From an uncultured virus (IMG/VR IMGVR_UViG_3300032285_000913) (lineage: Duplodnaviria > Heunggongvirae > Uroviricota > Caudoviricetes), in the IMG/VR virus record IMGVR_UViG_3300032285_000913: a DNA stretch of 64,000 nt. One strand, 5' to 3'. Positions 1 through 9,755 of the stretch are shown here, one piece after another (the first letter of the stretch is position 1; each line of letters starts with the position of its first letter). The position numbers and the translations under genes are program-made. The notes under the pieces were generated by a model. The model was not told where the DNA came from. It searched no databases and saw only the letters and a program-made list of their open reading frames with translations.

Positions 1-1696
1 ACTAACAATGGAGAAGCGTAACTCAGCAGCACTTCAGAACTGTGCGATGGTATCAACTAAAGACCTAGACAAGAATGACCCAGGTGCTCTATTTGCTTGG
101 GTAATGGATGCTCTTATGCTTGGCATCGGTGTTGGCTTTGACACCCTTGGAAAAGATAAGAATTTCCCTATCTATGCACCAACCGAACCAGAAGTAACCT
201 ACGTTATTCCTGACACTCGTGAAGGTTGGGTAGAGGCAACTCGTCTTCTAATCAACTCATTCCTTCGTGCAGGTCAGAACATCCAGAAGTTTGATTATTC
301 CGAGGTTCGTCCAGAAGGTGCTCCAATCAAGGGATTCGGTGGCGTAGCCTCTGGTCCTGCTCCGCTAATCAAACTACATGAGCGTATTGCTCACGTTCTA
401 TCACAGCGTGTTGGAGATAACCTAGATGCTCGTGCCATTGTTGACCTAGTTAACCTTATTGGTACTTGTGTTGTTTCTGGTAACGTCCGCCGTTCTGCTA
501 CCCTTGCTTTGGGTGCAGAAGGAGACGAAGACTTCCTAAACCTAAAGAATGCAGAAGCGTTCCCAGAGCGTAACTCGTATGACCCTGAGAACCCAGGTTG
601 GGCTTGGATGTCAAACAACTCTGTTTCTGCAACTGTAGGCATGGATTACTCAAAGTATGTAGACCGCATTGCAGATAACGGAGAGCCAGGATTTATTTGG
701 CTAGACGTTGCTCGTAACTACGGTCGTCTTGCAGACGCTCCAGATGGCAAGGACTATCGTGTTATGGGGTTCAACCCATGTGCAGAACAGCCACTAGAAT
801 CATACGAACTGTGTACTCTAGTTGAGGTTCACCTAAACCGTCACGAGAGCAAGGAAGACTTCCTACGCACTCTAAAGTTTGCCTACTTGTATGGAAAGAC
901 TGTTACACTTCTTCCTACCCACTGGCAGCAGACCAATGGCATCATGCAGCGTAACCGTCGTATTGGTACATCACTAACTGGTATTGCATCATTTGCTGAC
1001 GAGCATGGTCTACCAACTGTTCGCACATGGATGGATGAAGGCTACAACAAGATTCGTTTCTATGACCGCAAGTATTCAGAATGGCTATGTGTTCGTGAGT
1101 CAATCCGTGTAACCACAGTTAAGCCATCTGGTTCTGTATCAATACTTTCTGGTGCTACCCCTGGTGTTCACTGGGGTCCAGGTGGAAAGTTCTACCTACG
1201 AGCAATCCGTTTCGGTAACCAAGACCAGATGCTTCACCTGTTCCGTGCAGCAGGGTATAAGGTAGAAGCAGACCTAGTATCAGCAAATACATCAGTTGTA
1301 TACTTCCCAATCTCATCTGGTCATAAGCGAGCAGAAAAGGATGTAACTCTATTTGAGAAGACAGCCCTTGCTGCTACAGCCCAGAAGTATTGGTCAGACA
1401 ACGGCGTTTCTGTAACCCTATCCTTTGACAAGGAAACTGAGAAGCAGCACATCACTTCCGTACTAAACATGTACGAAGGTCAACTAAAGGCTGTATCATT
1501 CCTATCAATGGGTAAGGATGTTTATCCACAGATGCCTTACACCGAGATTACAGAAGAAGAATACGACTACTACATTGGTCGTCTTGCAAAGATTGACTTC
1601 TCTGCAATTTATGACGGTGTAGAGAATCTTGATGCCATGGGAGAAGCCTACTGCACCACAGATGCCTGTGAAATTAAGATTCCAGACAAGAAGTAA
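1..1696 (+). CDS. nrdJ: Class II (adenosylcobalamin-dependent) ribonucleotide reductase, 5'-truncated by the window edge
   Basis: Motifs ALQNCA, GNVRRSA, GFNPCAEQPLESYELCTLVE, TTVKPSGSVS and C-terminal CTTDAC; the protein starts mid-domain. Confidence 0.93.
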   Translation, partial: LTMEKRNSAALQNCAMVSTKDLDKNDPGALFAWVMDALMLGIGVGFDTLGKDKNFPIYAPTEPEVTYVIPDTREGWVEATRLLINSFLRAGQNIQKFDYSEVRPEGAPIKGFGGVASGPAPLIKLHERIAHVLSQRVGDNLDARAIVDLVNLIGTCVVSGNVRRSATLALGAEGDEDFLNLKNAEAFPERNSYDPENPGWAWMSNNSVSATVGMDYSKYVDRIADNGEPGFIWLDVARNYGRLADAPDGKDYRVMGFNPCAEQPLESYELCTLVEVHLNRHESKEDFLRTLKFAYLYGKTVTLLPTHWQQTNGIMQRNRRIGTSLTGIASFADEHGLPTVRTWMDEGYNKIRFYDRKYSEWLCVRESIRVTTVKPSGSVSILSGATPGVHWGPGGKFYLRAIRFGNQDQMLHLFRAAGYKVEADLVSANTSVVYFPISSGHKRAEKDVTLFEKTALAATAQKYWSDNGVSVTLSFDKETEKQHITSVLNMYEGQLKAVSFLSMGKDVYPQMPYTEITEEEYDYYIGRLAKIDFSAIYDGVENLDAMGEAYCTTDACEIKIPDKK

Positions 1697-1709
1697 AGTG
1701 GATGTTGAG

Positions 1710-1745
1710 ATGCCCTGTCTTTAGTTAGGCAGGGCATTTTCTTAT
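1710..1745 (+). terminator. Intrinsic terminator
   Basis: Hairpin ATGCCCTGTCT-ttagtt-AGGCAGGGCAT followed by a T-rich run, just after the nrdJ stop. Confidence 0.85.
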
Positions 1746-1746
1746 G

Positions 1747-1755
1747 TGGTAGAAT
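1747..1755 (+). promoter_or_regulatory. Extended -10 promoter (TGGTAGAAT), leaderless start at ATG 1763
   Basis: TGnTAGAAT ends 7 nt before ATG 1763; no Shine-Dalgarno (SD) sequence. Confidence 0.6.
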
Positions 1756-1762
1756 AGTGTAT

Positions 1763-4753
1763 ATGGCTACAGTATCACATTATTATGCAGATAAAATTAG
1801 TGCAGAACACCCTACAGCATCATATGTACTGGGTGGCGACTCTTTGCTCTCTAATCCAAATGTTTTATTAGATAATTTTTCTACTGCAATATCAACAACT
1901 GGTAAAATTTTTGGAACATATTCATCTGGAGATAAACTAGGATTTTGCTATTCAACAAATACTTTACAGACAGTATATCCAATCGTTTATGGCTCAGATA
2001 AATCTGTAAAAATAACTGGAACTGAAAATGCATTATGCATTCCATCACAAGGAATTATGTCATATAACGGAAGGTATAAAACATTAACATTAGAATTTTG
2101 GACTAAAATAATTAAACCATATCTTGGCAGTAAAAAGATTGTCGGTCCATTAACTACCTCAGATGATGGAAATGGTTTGTATGTTAATCAAACATCTTTT
2201 GTTTTTCAATTAGGAGACCAAAAAGGAACAGCACCAATCACTGATTTTAACAGACCATTTCTAATTCAAATAGCAATGTCTGAAAATAATGCATCGCTTA
2301 TTGTAAATGGAGAATTATTAATTTCTTTAAATCTATCAAGCACAGATTTGGCTATGTTTTCTAATTCAAACCTGGTCGTAGGTGGAGATGGTCTACTGTC
2401 TTTTGGTTCTGGAATATATGATTTTATTGCAATCTATCCATATAAAGTGACTCCAGAACAAGCCTTGAGACGTTTTGTTTTAGGGCAGGGTGTTAGATTT
2501 GATGAACATGTTGTAGATAGATTTGATGGCAAATCAGTAGTGGTAGACTATTCAAAAATTGGATACTCGGCAAACTTTAATTACCCAACAAACTCAAGTT
2601 GGAAAAACTCAATAAGTGATAATTTAAAGATTGAACAATATTCAATTGCTCATAGACAACCATCATTGCCTAAATTTAACTCAACAAAATTATTGTCTGA
2701 CCTTGAAGCAACAGGTGTATTTAATTTAAAAAGTTATACTGGATGGTCTTCAGTTATTTCAAATTTTCAAATAGAAAATTTAAATATTTTAAATACTCCA
2801 ATTAAGGCATTTTACATGCATGGCTTCTACACATCTTTGCCAAGCAGTGAGCAGGTAGTATTTAAAGCGGTAAATCAAAAAAATGGAAATACGTTTAAAA
2901 TTTCTATTAATGGTAGCACTATATACTACAAGTTGAAATATAACTCTGGCACAGAAAATACAGTATATTCATCTTCTAGCACTTTTAATTTACAACTATA
3001 TTCTGGAAAATATAATTTTATTGTTGGAATCGACATAGATAAATTTGCAGACTATTGCACATCAAACAACCTAAGTTCAGATGTTAAAAACTTTTTTGCA
3101 AATCCAAATGATATAACAATGTATTTCGCTGGCGATGATGACCTCACAACAGACATGACAATGTCATCAACAATATACTCTGTTAAGTTTTTAACAAAAG
3201 ATAATTTGGATAAACGCTCTGCAATTGTGTCTTCAGCAACTGGAGTATTTTATTACCCATCTGCAATCAATACTTCCCCTACTGGAACTGCAGCAATACA
3301 AAATTCAATTATTGGAAGTTATGATTTTAATCTTTATAATGATTATTTAAATTATACTAGTGTCGGATATCATTTTACAGTTTCTACCAATGGTTTTTGG
3401 AAGAATGATATCCCTCTTAATTATTTTTGTAAAACTGTTAATGATGTAAATGGAAGTCCAACTAGCACAGTTGATTTTATTCAATTTAATATAGACTTTG
3501 ATTCACCAATTTTAAAGTACACCCCAAGTTCAAAAGAATATTTTGATACAACTAATTATGAAAGTGCTGTAAAGGTTTATGTAACGTTTGAACCATTAAA
3601 CTCAACATATCAACCAGATTCAACATTCACCATTGAACAGGCAAGTACCGATAGGGTTCTATATCCAGGGGCATCATGGGCTACAACTAAATATGAAGTA
3701 GTTAATGGATTTATTATTTATCCACCACAGTCAGTAACACTTTCAGAACTCACAATGATTATACATATTGAATTTAACGTTAAAGATACTTTAAATAATA
3801 ATGTATATATTCAAACAATGGAATTTTCATCACAATCATTAAATGCCAATAGTACTAACCCAATTGGCACACAGTTTGGTCAGAAAATAATTCCATTTAC
3901 ATATACTGGCACATCACCAAGGGTATATGACTATAAGGCTTATAATCCGTATATTGTTAGCAAAAATATTAATCCATATCTTTATATGGCTAGAGACTCT
4001 GGAATTCGCCTAGTTGGTTTTACAAATAATGCTTCAGTATCTCGTGGTCTTAGATTGCCAATAAACGAAATGCAAAACTCAAGATTTAATATTTCTGCAA
4101 TGCAAATGTCACTATTTTATAATGCAGAAATTAATACTACAACTTTTACTGCCATATATCCATTTTCAGCAGAACAAATTTTTGAAATTCAGTCTAGCGG
4201 AAGATTAACAAAATTTTATCTAACAAGAATAGGAACTACTGGTAAAGCAACCCTATCAGCATTATCTAACAACATTACAAATGAAAATATACTATTTTAT
4301 GTAAATGGAACACTAACTGCATCACCAACCATAGATGTAAACACATGGACAAACATTGGAATCTTCTTTAATGACCCATTAATTTTTGATTCATATTCTG
4401 GATATTTAGATATTTTAGGTAAGGCATCATTTGACAACCTATCATATTATCAATTATCTTCAGAGTCATTTGACGAACAGGACATAACTCCATCAACATG
4501 GAATAGTATTCAATATTTGAATGGAATATCTTTTACTTGGAGTAACTGGTCAGCAAAAACCTGGAATGACTTGCTTACATATTTTGGTTCAGCCCTCTAT
4601 GCAATTCAACCATCTAGCATGTATCAGACATTTACTGGTACTAATAAAATAAACTTTGATGATAATACAAAATTGATTACATTGCAACAATTCTTTGATT
4701 ATTATTCAGATGTGGATAACGCTTCGCAGAAATTAGTCTATACACCAGCATAA
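1763..4753 (+). CDS. Large probable virion protein with an N-terminal LamG/concanavalin-like beta-sandwich
   Basis: ~996 aa, S/T/N-rich; LEFWTK...LIVNGEL...YDFIAIYPYKVTPEQ resembles LamG; AT-rich like the tail genes. Confidence 0.55.
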   Translation: MATVSHYYADKISAEHPTASYVLGGDSLLSNPNVLLDNFSTAISTTGKIFGTYSSGDKLGFCYSTNTLQTVYPIVYGSDKSVKITGTENALCIPSQGIMSYNGRYKTLTLEFWTKIIKPYLGSKKIVGPLTTSDDGNGLYVNQTSFVFQLGDQKGTAPITDFNRPFLIQIAMSENNASLIVNGELLISLNLSSTDLAMFSNSNLVVGGDGLLSFGSGIYDFIAIYPYKVTPEQALRRFVLGQGVRFDEHVVDRFDGKSVVVDYSKIGYSANFNYPTNSSWKNSISDNLKIEQYSIAHRQPSLPKFNSTKLLSDLEATGVFNLKSYTGWSSVISNFQIENLNILNTPIKAFYMHGFYTSLPSSEQVVFKAVNQKNGNTFKISINGSTIYYKLKYNSGTENTVYSSSSTFNLQLYSGKYNFIVGIDIDKFADYCTSNNLSSDVKNFFANPNDITMYFAGDDDLTTDMTMSSTIYSVKFLTKDNLDKRSAIVSSATGVFYYPSAINTSPTGTAAIQNSIIGSYDFNLYNDYLNYTSVGYHFTVSTNGFWKNDIPLNYFCKTVNDVNGSPTSTVDFIQFNIDFDSPILKYTPSSKEYFDTTNYESAVKVYVTFEPLNSTYQPDSTFTIEQASTDRVLYPGASWATTKYEVVNGFIIYPPQSVTLSELTMIIHIEFNVKDTLNNNVYIQTMEFSSQSLNANSTNPIGTQFGQKIIPFTYTGTSPRVYDYKAYNPYIVSKNINPYLYMARDSGIRLVGFTNNASVSRGLRLPINEMQNSRFNISAMQMSLFYNAEINTTTFTAIYPFSAEQIFEIQSSGRLTKFYLTRIGTTGKATLSALSNNITNENILFYVNGTLTASPTIDVNTWTNIGIFFNDPLIFDSYSGYLDILGKASFDNLSYYQLSSESFDEQDITPSTWNSIQYLNGISFTWSNWSAKTWNDLLTYFGSALYAIQPSSMYQTFTGTNKINFDDNTKLITLQQFFDYYSDVDNASQKLVYTPA

Positions 4754-4755
4754 TA

Positions 4756-4764
4756 TGGTATACT
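4756..4764 (+). promoter_or_regulatory. Extended -10 promoter (TGGTATACT), leaderless
   Basis: TATACT 4759-4764, ATG 4771 six nt later. Confidence 0.65.
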
Positions 4765-4770
4765 GATGGT

Positions 4771-5166
4771 ATGAATATTGACACTACAAAGGACTTTGGG
4801 CAAGTTATGCCTAATCAGATTGGTAAAACAAAGGTATCAATCGTAGAAGAACCATTTTCCGATTATGGAATTTATGTATGGCAGTTAGCCTCTGGTAAGT
4901 TTTTTACAGATGACCACGGTAATGCACTAAGCATTGACTCAATGAAGGGTGATGAATCTCGTATTGCTCTTTTGCGTAATGAAGCGTCCTACAATGGTCA
5001 GCCACACGGACAGGCTGTATTTTTCCCTAATGTTCGCAAGGTATCCGATGAGGAATATAGCGAACAAATTGACCGCATGCAACAGGGATACATCCCATCT
5101 GAAACAGACCTTGGTGCGCTAGTTGCAGCAAAGCAAACTCTCAACCTATATGGAAGTGACGATTAA
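4771..5166 (+). CDS. Hypothetical protein upstream of portal
   Basis: 131-aa ORF, TAATG-coupled to portal. Confidence 0.7.
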   Translation: MNIDTTKDFGQVMPNQIGKTKVSIVEEPFSDYGIYVWQLASGKFFTDDHGNALSIDSMKGDESRIALLRNEASYNGQPHGQAVFFPNVRKVSDEEYSEQIDRMQQGYIPSETDLGALVAAKQTLNLYGSDD

Positions 5167-6764
5167 TGAGTTATTATGAGTATGCAAATACACCTGCTCG
5201 CTTAGATGAAGTTCCAGAAGAAATTAATCTATTTAAAGAACAAGACCCATTCAATAAGTCATGGGACGACATTAAGTCATTCAATGGAATGAATACAAAC
5301 TTCAAACGTAGAAGTACTAGAATGGCTAAGGCACTGGGTGATGACGCATACCTTGAATCAGCAGGTGCAATTCAGATGGGTACAGGTGGAGCACGTTCAA
5401 ATGCTATTAATCCAGGTGTAGTATTCCGTAATGCATACGCACTATTTGATGTAATCACACCACCATACAACCTATATGAACTTGCAACATACTACGATAC
5501 CTCATTTGCTAATCACGCTGCTATTGATGCAAAGGTTGAAAATACTGTTGGTCTTGGCTATGACTTTACCATTTCGGATAAAACAGGTCTTAAACTTGAG
5601 GCTGCATCAGCAGAACAGATGGCTCGTGCTCGCAAACGCATTGAACGTCTAAAAGTACAACTCCGTGATTGGCTAGAGGGTCTTAATCAGGATGAATCAT
5701 TCTCTTCTGTGATGGAAAAAGTTTATACAGATGTTCATGCAATGGGTAATGGCTACATTGAAATTGGTAGAACTACCACAGGAGAGATTGGCTACATTGG
5801 TCACATTCCTGCAGCAACTATGCGTGTTCGTCGTCTTCGTGATGGATACGTTCAGATTATTGCTAATAAGGTTGTTTATTTCCGTAATTTTGGGGCAAAG
5901 AATGTAAACTATATTACCGATGACCCAAGACCTAATGAGATTATCCACATTAAGGAATACTCTCCATTAAATACTTTCTATGGTGTTCCAGATGTTATGG
6001 CTGCTATGCCATCGCTAATTGGAGATGCACTTGCTTCACAATACAATATCGATTACTTTAATAACAAGGCTGTACCACGTTATATTGTAACTCTTAAAGG
6101 TGCACAACTTACACAAGAAGCAGAAGACAAACTATTCCGCTTCCTACAAACTGGTCTAAAGGGTCAGTCACACCGTACACTATATATTCCACTTCCTGGC
6201 GATACAGAAAGTAACAAAGTTTCATTCGATATGAAACCAATTGAAAATGGTATCCAAGAAGGCTCATTTGCTCAGTATCGTAAGCAGGTTCGTGACGATA
6301 TTTTAGTTGCTCACCAGGTTCCACTTTCAAAACTTGGTGGTAGTGATGCATCACAACTAGCAGCATCTCTATCACAAGACCGTACATTTAAAGAGCAGGT
6401 AACTCGTCCAGCACAACGTAACCTTGAAAAGATTTTAAACAAAATTATCCGTGAAAAGACAGATGTGCTTGAACTTAAATTTAATGAACTTACACTTACT
6501 GATGAACTTGCTCAATCACAGATTATTACCAATTATGTTAAGAACCAAATTATGGCTCCTAATGAGGCTCGTGAAATTCTTAACCTTGCAGAACGTCCAG
6601 ACGGAGATGCTATGATTCAGCCAACTGCTCGCCAGGCAGCAGATTCAAATGCAAATAATGCTAAGGATAGAACTCGTGATGGAGAACGCCAACAAGCACA
6701 AGCAGATAACTCTGCAACAACTGCTGGTAGAAATCCAAAAGGGGAAGGAAGACGGTCCCAGTAA
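5166..6764 (+). CDS. Portal protein
   Basis: GNGYIEIGR, HIPAATMRV, NEIIHIKEYSPLNTFYGVP, YFNNKAVP, PNEAREIL motifs; position before protease and capsid. Confidence 0.92.
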   Translation: MSYYEYANTPARLDEVPEEINLFKEQDPFNKSWDDIKSFNGMNTNFKRRSTRMAKALGDDAYLESAGAIQMGTGGARSNAINPGVVFRNAYALFDVITPPYNLYELATYYDTSFANHAAIDAKVENTVGLGYDFTISDKTGLKLEAASAEQMARARKRIERLKVQLRDWLEGLNQDESFSSVMEKVYTDVHAMGNGYIEIGRTTTGEIGYIGHIPAATMRVRRLRDGYVQIIANKVVYFRNFGAKNVNYITDDPRPNEIIHIKEYSPLNTFYGVPDVMAAMPSLIGDALASQYNIDYFNNKAVPRYIVTLKGAQLTQEAEDKLFRFLQTGLKGQSHRTLYIPLPGDTESNKVSFDMKPIENGIQEGSFAQYRKQVRDDILVAHQVPLSKLGGSDASQLAASLSQDRTFKEQVTRPAQRNLEKILNKIIREKTDVLELKFNELTLTDELAQSQIITNYVKNQIMAPNEAREILNLAERPDGDAMIQPTARQAADSNANNAKDRTRDGERQQAQADNSATTAGRNPKGEGRRSQ

Positions 6765-6825
6765 TAAAATTGTGTTATAATAACAATTACATAACATTCA
6801 ATAAAAAGGGGCTATAATTAGTTAT

Positions 6826-8070
6826 ATGAGTATTCAAAAGGCACACTTCGACGTTGACGGAGAAAACGTTCGCATCTCTATGCCACTTACTAAAGTGGAT
6901 GCAGAACGTCGCATTGTTTCTGGCTTTGCTACTCTAGATAACGTAGACCGTCAGAATGACATTGTAACTCCAGAGGCTTCACTAGAGGCATTCTCAAAGT
7001 TCCGTGGCAACATTCGTGAGATGCACCAGCCAAAGGCTGTTGGCAAGATGGTAGCCTTTAAGGAAGACAAGTACTTTGACCCAGAAACTAAGAAATTCTA
7101 TTCAGGCATTTATGTATCTGCATATGTTTCAAAGGGTGCTCAGGATGCATGGGAAAAAGTTCTAGATGGAACTTACACAGGTTTTTCTATTGGTGGTAAA
7201 ATGAACAAGTGGGATGATGCCTACGACGAAAAGATGGATGCAAGTATTCGCATCATTAAAGATTACACATTGGTTGAACTATCATTAGTTGACAGCCCTG
7301 CAAACCAGTTTGCCAATATCCTATCTGTTGAAAAGGTAGATGGCGTAGATACTATTACTGGCGAGGGTACAGAAACAATTCTAGAAAATGTATTTTGGGA
7401 CAAAGAATCAGGATTGGTAACAATCTCAGAAGAAGACTCTGCAACTAGCCCTGTTACAGGTGCAAACATGCAGAACATAGGTTTTGTTGAGAAGTCAGAT
7501 GCTGACAAACTTGACATGATAAAGTTCTTAGTTGATAGTGCTAAAGGCATTAATACTTCTAAGACTATTAAAAAGGAGAATGATAACATGGCAGACGAAA
7601 TCGTAAATGACGTAGTAGCCGATGTCGCTCCAGAGGCAGAAGTTGTTGACGCTCCTGCTACAGAAGAAGTTGTTGAAGAGGCTCCAGTAGCCGAGCCAGC
7701 ACATGTAGAAGAAGTTGTAGAAGAAGAATCAGGTTCAGAGGAAGTAATTGCCAAGGCAGTTGCTGAACTAGGCTCAACAGTTACAACAGCCTTTAGCGAC
7801 ATTGCAGCAATCGTTAAGTCACTAGCAGATGCAAATGCATCACTAGTTAACGAAGTTGCTGAACTAAAGAAGTCTCTTGGATTTGTTACCTCAAAGGTTA
7901 CAGATGCAGAAACAGACTTTAACAATCTTGGAAAGCGTATCGACGCAGTAGAAGCAGACACCGCTTTCCGTAAGTCTGGTGACCTCGGTGAGGTCATTCA
8001 GGAACCAGTACTGGTGGAAAAATCAGTATGGGGCGGAAGTTTCCTCACAACATCCGATTTACTAAAATAA
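6826..8070 (+). CDS. Prohead maturation protease fused to a C-terminal scaffold
   Basis: RIVSGFAT..VDRQND, IREMH, YTGFSIGG, LVELSLVDSPAN (HK97/XkdF-like protease) followed by an acidic, coiled-coil region. Confidence 0.88.
   Translation: MSIQKAHFDVDGENVRISMPLTKVDAERRIVSGFATLDNVDRQNDIVTPEASLEAFSKFRGNIREMHQPKAVGKMVAFKEDKYFDPETKKFYSGIYVSAYVSKGAQDAWEKVLDGTYTGFSIGGKMNKWDDAYDEKMDASIRIIKDYTLVELSLVDSPANQFANILSVEKVDGVDTITGEGTETILENVFWDKESGLVTISEEDSATSPVTGANMQNIGFVEKSDADKLDMIKFLVDSAKGINTSKTIKKENDNMADEIVNDVVADVAPEAEVVDAPATEEVVEEAPVAEPAHVEEVVEEESGSEEVIAKAVAELGSTVTTAFSDIAAIVKSLADANASLVNEVAELKKSLGFVTSKVTDAETDFNNLGKRIDAVEADTAFRKSGDLGEVIQEPVLVEKSVWGGSFLTTSDLLK
7588..8070 (+). CDS. Probable nested in-frame scaffolding protein
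   Basis: SD AAGGAG 7573-7578, in-frame ATG 7588 (MADEIVND...) at the protease/scaffold boundary. Confidence 0.6.
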   Translation: MADEIVNDVVADVAPEAEVVDAPATEEVVEEAPVAEPAHVEEVVEEESGSEEVIAKAVAELGSTVTTAFSDIAAIVKSLADANASLVNEVAELKKSLGFVTSKVTDAETDFNNLGKRIDAVEADTAFRKSGDLGEVIQEPVLVEKSVWGGSFLTTSDLLK

Positions 8071-8094
8071 CTCACTCAGGAGGTGAAAAATAAA

Positions 8095-9258
8095 ATGTCA
8101 GAAGAAATTATCAAAAATATGCCTTCAACCGCTAGTCCAGTGAACAACTACCCTAACGCTGAAGGTGCTTTCGGAGCAACAGGTCAGCCTACAAGCGGAA
8201 CTGGTGCTTTCTCAGAACACGGTACATACCTAAGTAACAGCCCAACCGCTAACTTCGGTGTAACCACAGGTGCAAATGGTGTAAACCCATCTGCAACTGC
8301 AAGTCCGACTTACCCAGGTACTGGTATCCTACGCCCTGAACAGGCAAAACGATTTATCGATTATGTTTGGGACGCTACCACTCTTGCACAGGACGGTCGC
8401 CGTGTCACAATGAGAGCAAACACAATGGAACTTGAGAAGATTAACGTGGGAGACCGTGTTATTCGTGCTGCAAGCCAGGGTGTTTCAACATACACTAACA
8501 CAGGTGCTACCTTCTCAAAGGTAGAACTAACAACCAAGAAGATTCGTCTAGACTGGGAAGTTTCTGCAGAGTCACTAGAAGATAACATCGAAGGTGCTGC
8601 TCTTGAGGACCACCTAGTTCGTCTTATGACTAATGCTTTCGGTAACGACATCGAAGACCTAGCCATTAACGGTGACGGTTCAACAGGTTCATTCCTAAGC
8701 ATTATGAACGGATTCATTAACTTGGAAAAGACCAACCCTAACGTTGGTTCTGGTTCAAACCTTGGAAGTGCACACGAAGTGATTAACACTGCTCTTGTTG
8801 GTTCAAACGCAGCATTCACAGACTGGACAACCGATAAACTACAAGCACTTATCTTGGCTATGCCTCGTAGATACCGTGCTATTACTAACGGTCTAAAGTT
8901 CTATGCTGGTACAGACACATTTGCTAACATCGTTAAGAACAATGCTACTGTCTACTCAACCATCGGTTCTACCGAAGGTACTCGTGGAGAGTTCATTGGT
9001 GGTGCAAACCAGACTTTCGGTGGTGCACGTCAGACTCGTGTTCTCGGTGTTCCTGTTCTTGAAGTTCCTTACTACCCTGCAGGATTTGTTGACCTAACAT
9101 TCCCACAGAACCGTATTTGGGGCTTCCAGAGAGATATCACTGTAAACCGTTTCTACGTTCCTAAGAAGGACACAGTAGAATACACTGTATTCGTTCGTTT
9201 CGGTATTGCCTGGGAAGAACTTGATGCAGTTGCATTCGCAGACCAGACTACAGACTAA
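8095..9258 (+). CDS. Major capsid protein (HK97 fold)
   Basis: GILRPEQAKRFIDY, EVSAESLEDNIEG, DIEDLAINGD; SD AGGAGG at 8078 supports ATG 8095; strong codon bias. Confidence 0.92.
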   Translation: MSEEIIKNMPSTASPVNNYPNAEGAFGATGQPTSGTGAFSEHGTYLSNSPTANFGVTTGANGVNPSATASPTYPGTGILRPEQAKRFIDYVWDATTLAQDGRRVTMRANTMELEKINVGDRVIRAASQGVSTYTNTGATFSKVELTTKKIRLDWEVSAESLEDNIEGAALEDHLVRLMTNAFGNDIEDLAINGDGSTGSFLSIMNGFINLEKTNPNVGSGSNLGSAHEVINTALVGSNAAFTDWTTDKLQALILAMPRRYRAITNGLKFYAGTDTFANIVKNNATVYSTIGSTEGTRGEFIGGANQTFGGARQTRVLGVPVLEVPYYPAGFVDLTFPQNRIWGFQRDITVNRFYVPKKDTVEYTVFVRFGIAWEELDAVAFADQTTD

Positions 9259-9282
9259 TAATTTGTAAAGGTCACCTTTTGA

Positions 9283-9316
9283 GGGGGCAGGGGCTTAGGT
9301 TCCTGCCCCTTTCATT
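9283..9316 (+). terminator. Intrinsic terminator after major capsid gene
   Basis: GGGGCAGG...CCTGCCCC hairpin followed by TTTCATT. Confidence 0.8.
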
Positions 9317-9359
9317 AATTTATCTGGTATAATTAAAATAAATCTAAGGAGGATTTATC

Positions 9360-9755
9360 ATGGCTGAAACAAAAAAGACACCTACCGACAAGCCTGTTGT
9401 TAAAGATGCAGTTGTAGAAACACCTGCAGAAGAAGTAGCAGAAGTTATTTCGGAGGATGTAATCGTAACACCAGAACCTAAGAAAGACGTACCAACCCTA
9501 TCATTCGATAAGGATGGAGTTATGGGTTCAAACACTACCAATACCGAAAAGGCAAAGGTAGCAAAGCAGGAAGTTGCAGAACCATCAACAACCACAAAGG
9601 TTGCACTATTCTCAACTCGTAACCTGTATGCAGATGGTTTTGGAAAGATTAATGTTGGTTACAACATTGTTCCAAAGAAGACCGTTGACTTCTGGACAGC
9701 ACAAAAGGGCGTTCGCCTAGCAACACCAGAAGAAGTAGCGGAGGCATTTGCTTAA
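9360..9755 (+). CDS. Hypothetical virion-associated protein
   Basis: SD AAGGAGG, promoter TGGTATAAT at ~9325; E/K/P-rich N-terminus. Confidence 0.7.
   Translation: MAETKKTPTDKPVVKDAVVETPAEEVAEVISEDVIVTPEPKKDVPTLSFDKDGVMGSNTTNTEKAKVAKQEVAEPSTTTKVALFSTRNLYADGFGKINVGYNIVPKKTVDFWTAQKGVRLATPEEVAEAFA

Noticed and set aside
7263..7997. Long minus-strand ORFs opposite structural and replication genes (e.g. 7263..7997, 8361..8819, 15307..15786, 19306..19764, 40471..40872)
   Set aside because: Shadow frames caused by codon bias of the real + strand genes; no SD, promoter or family motif
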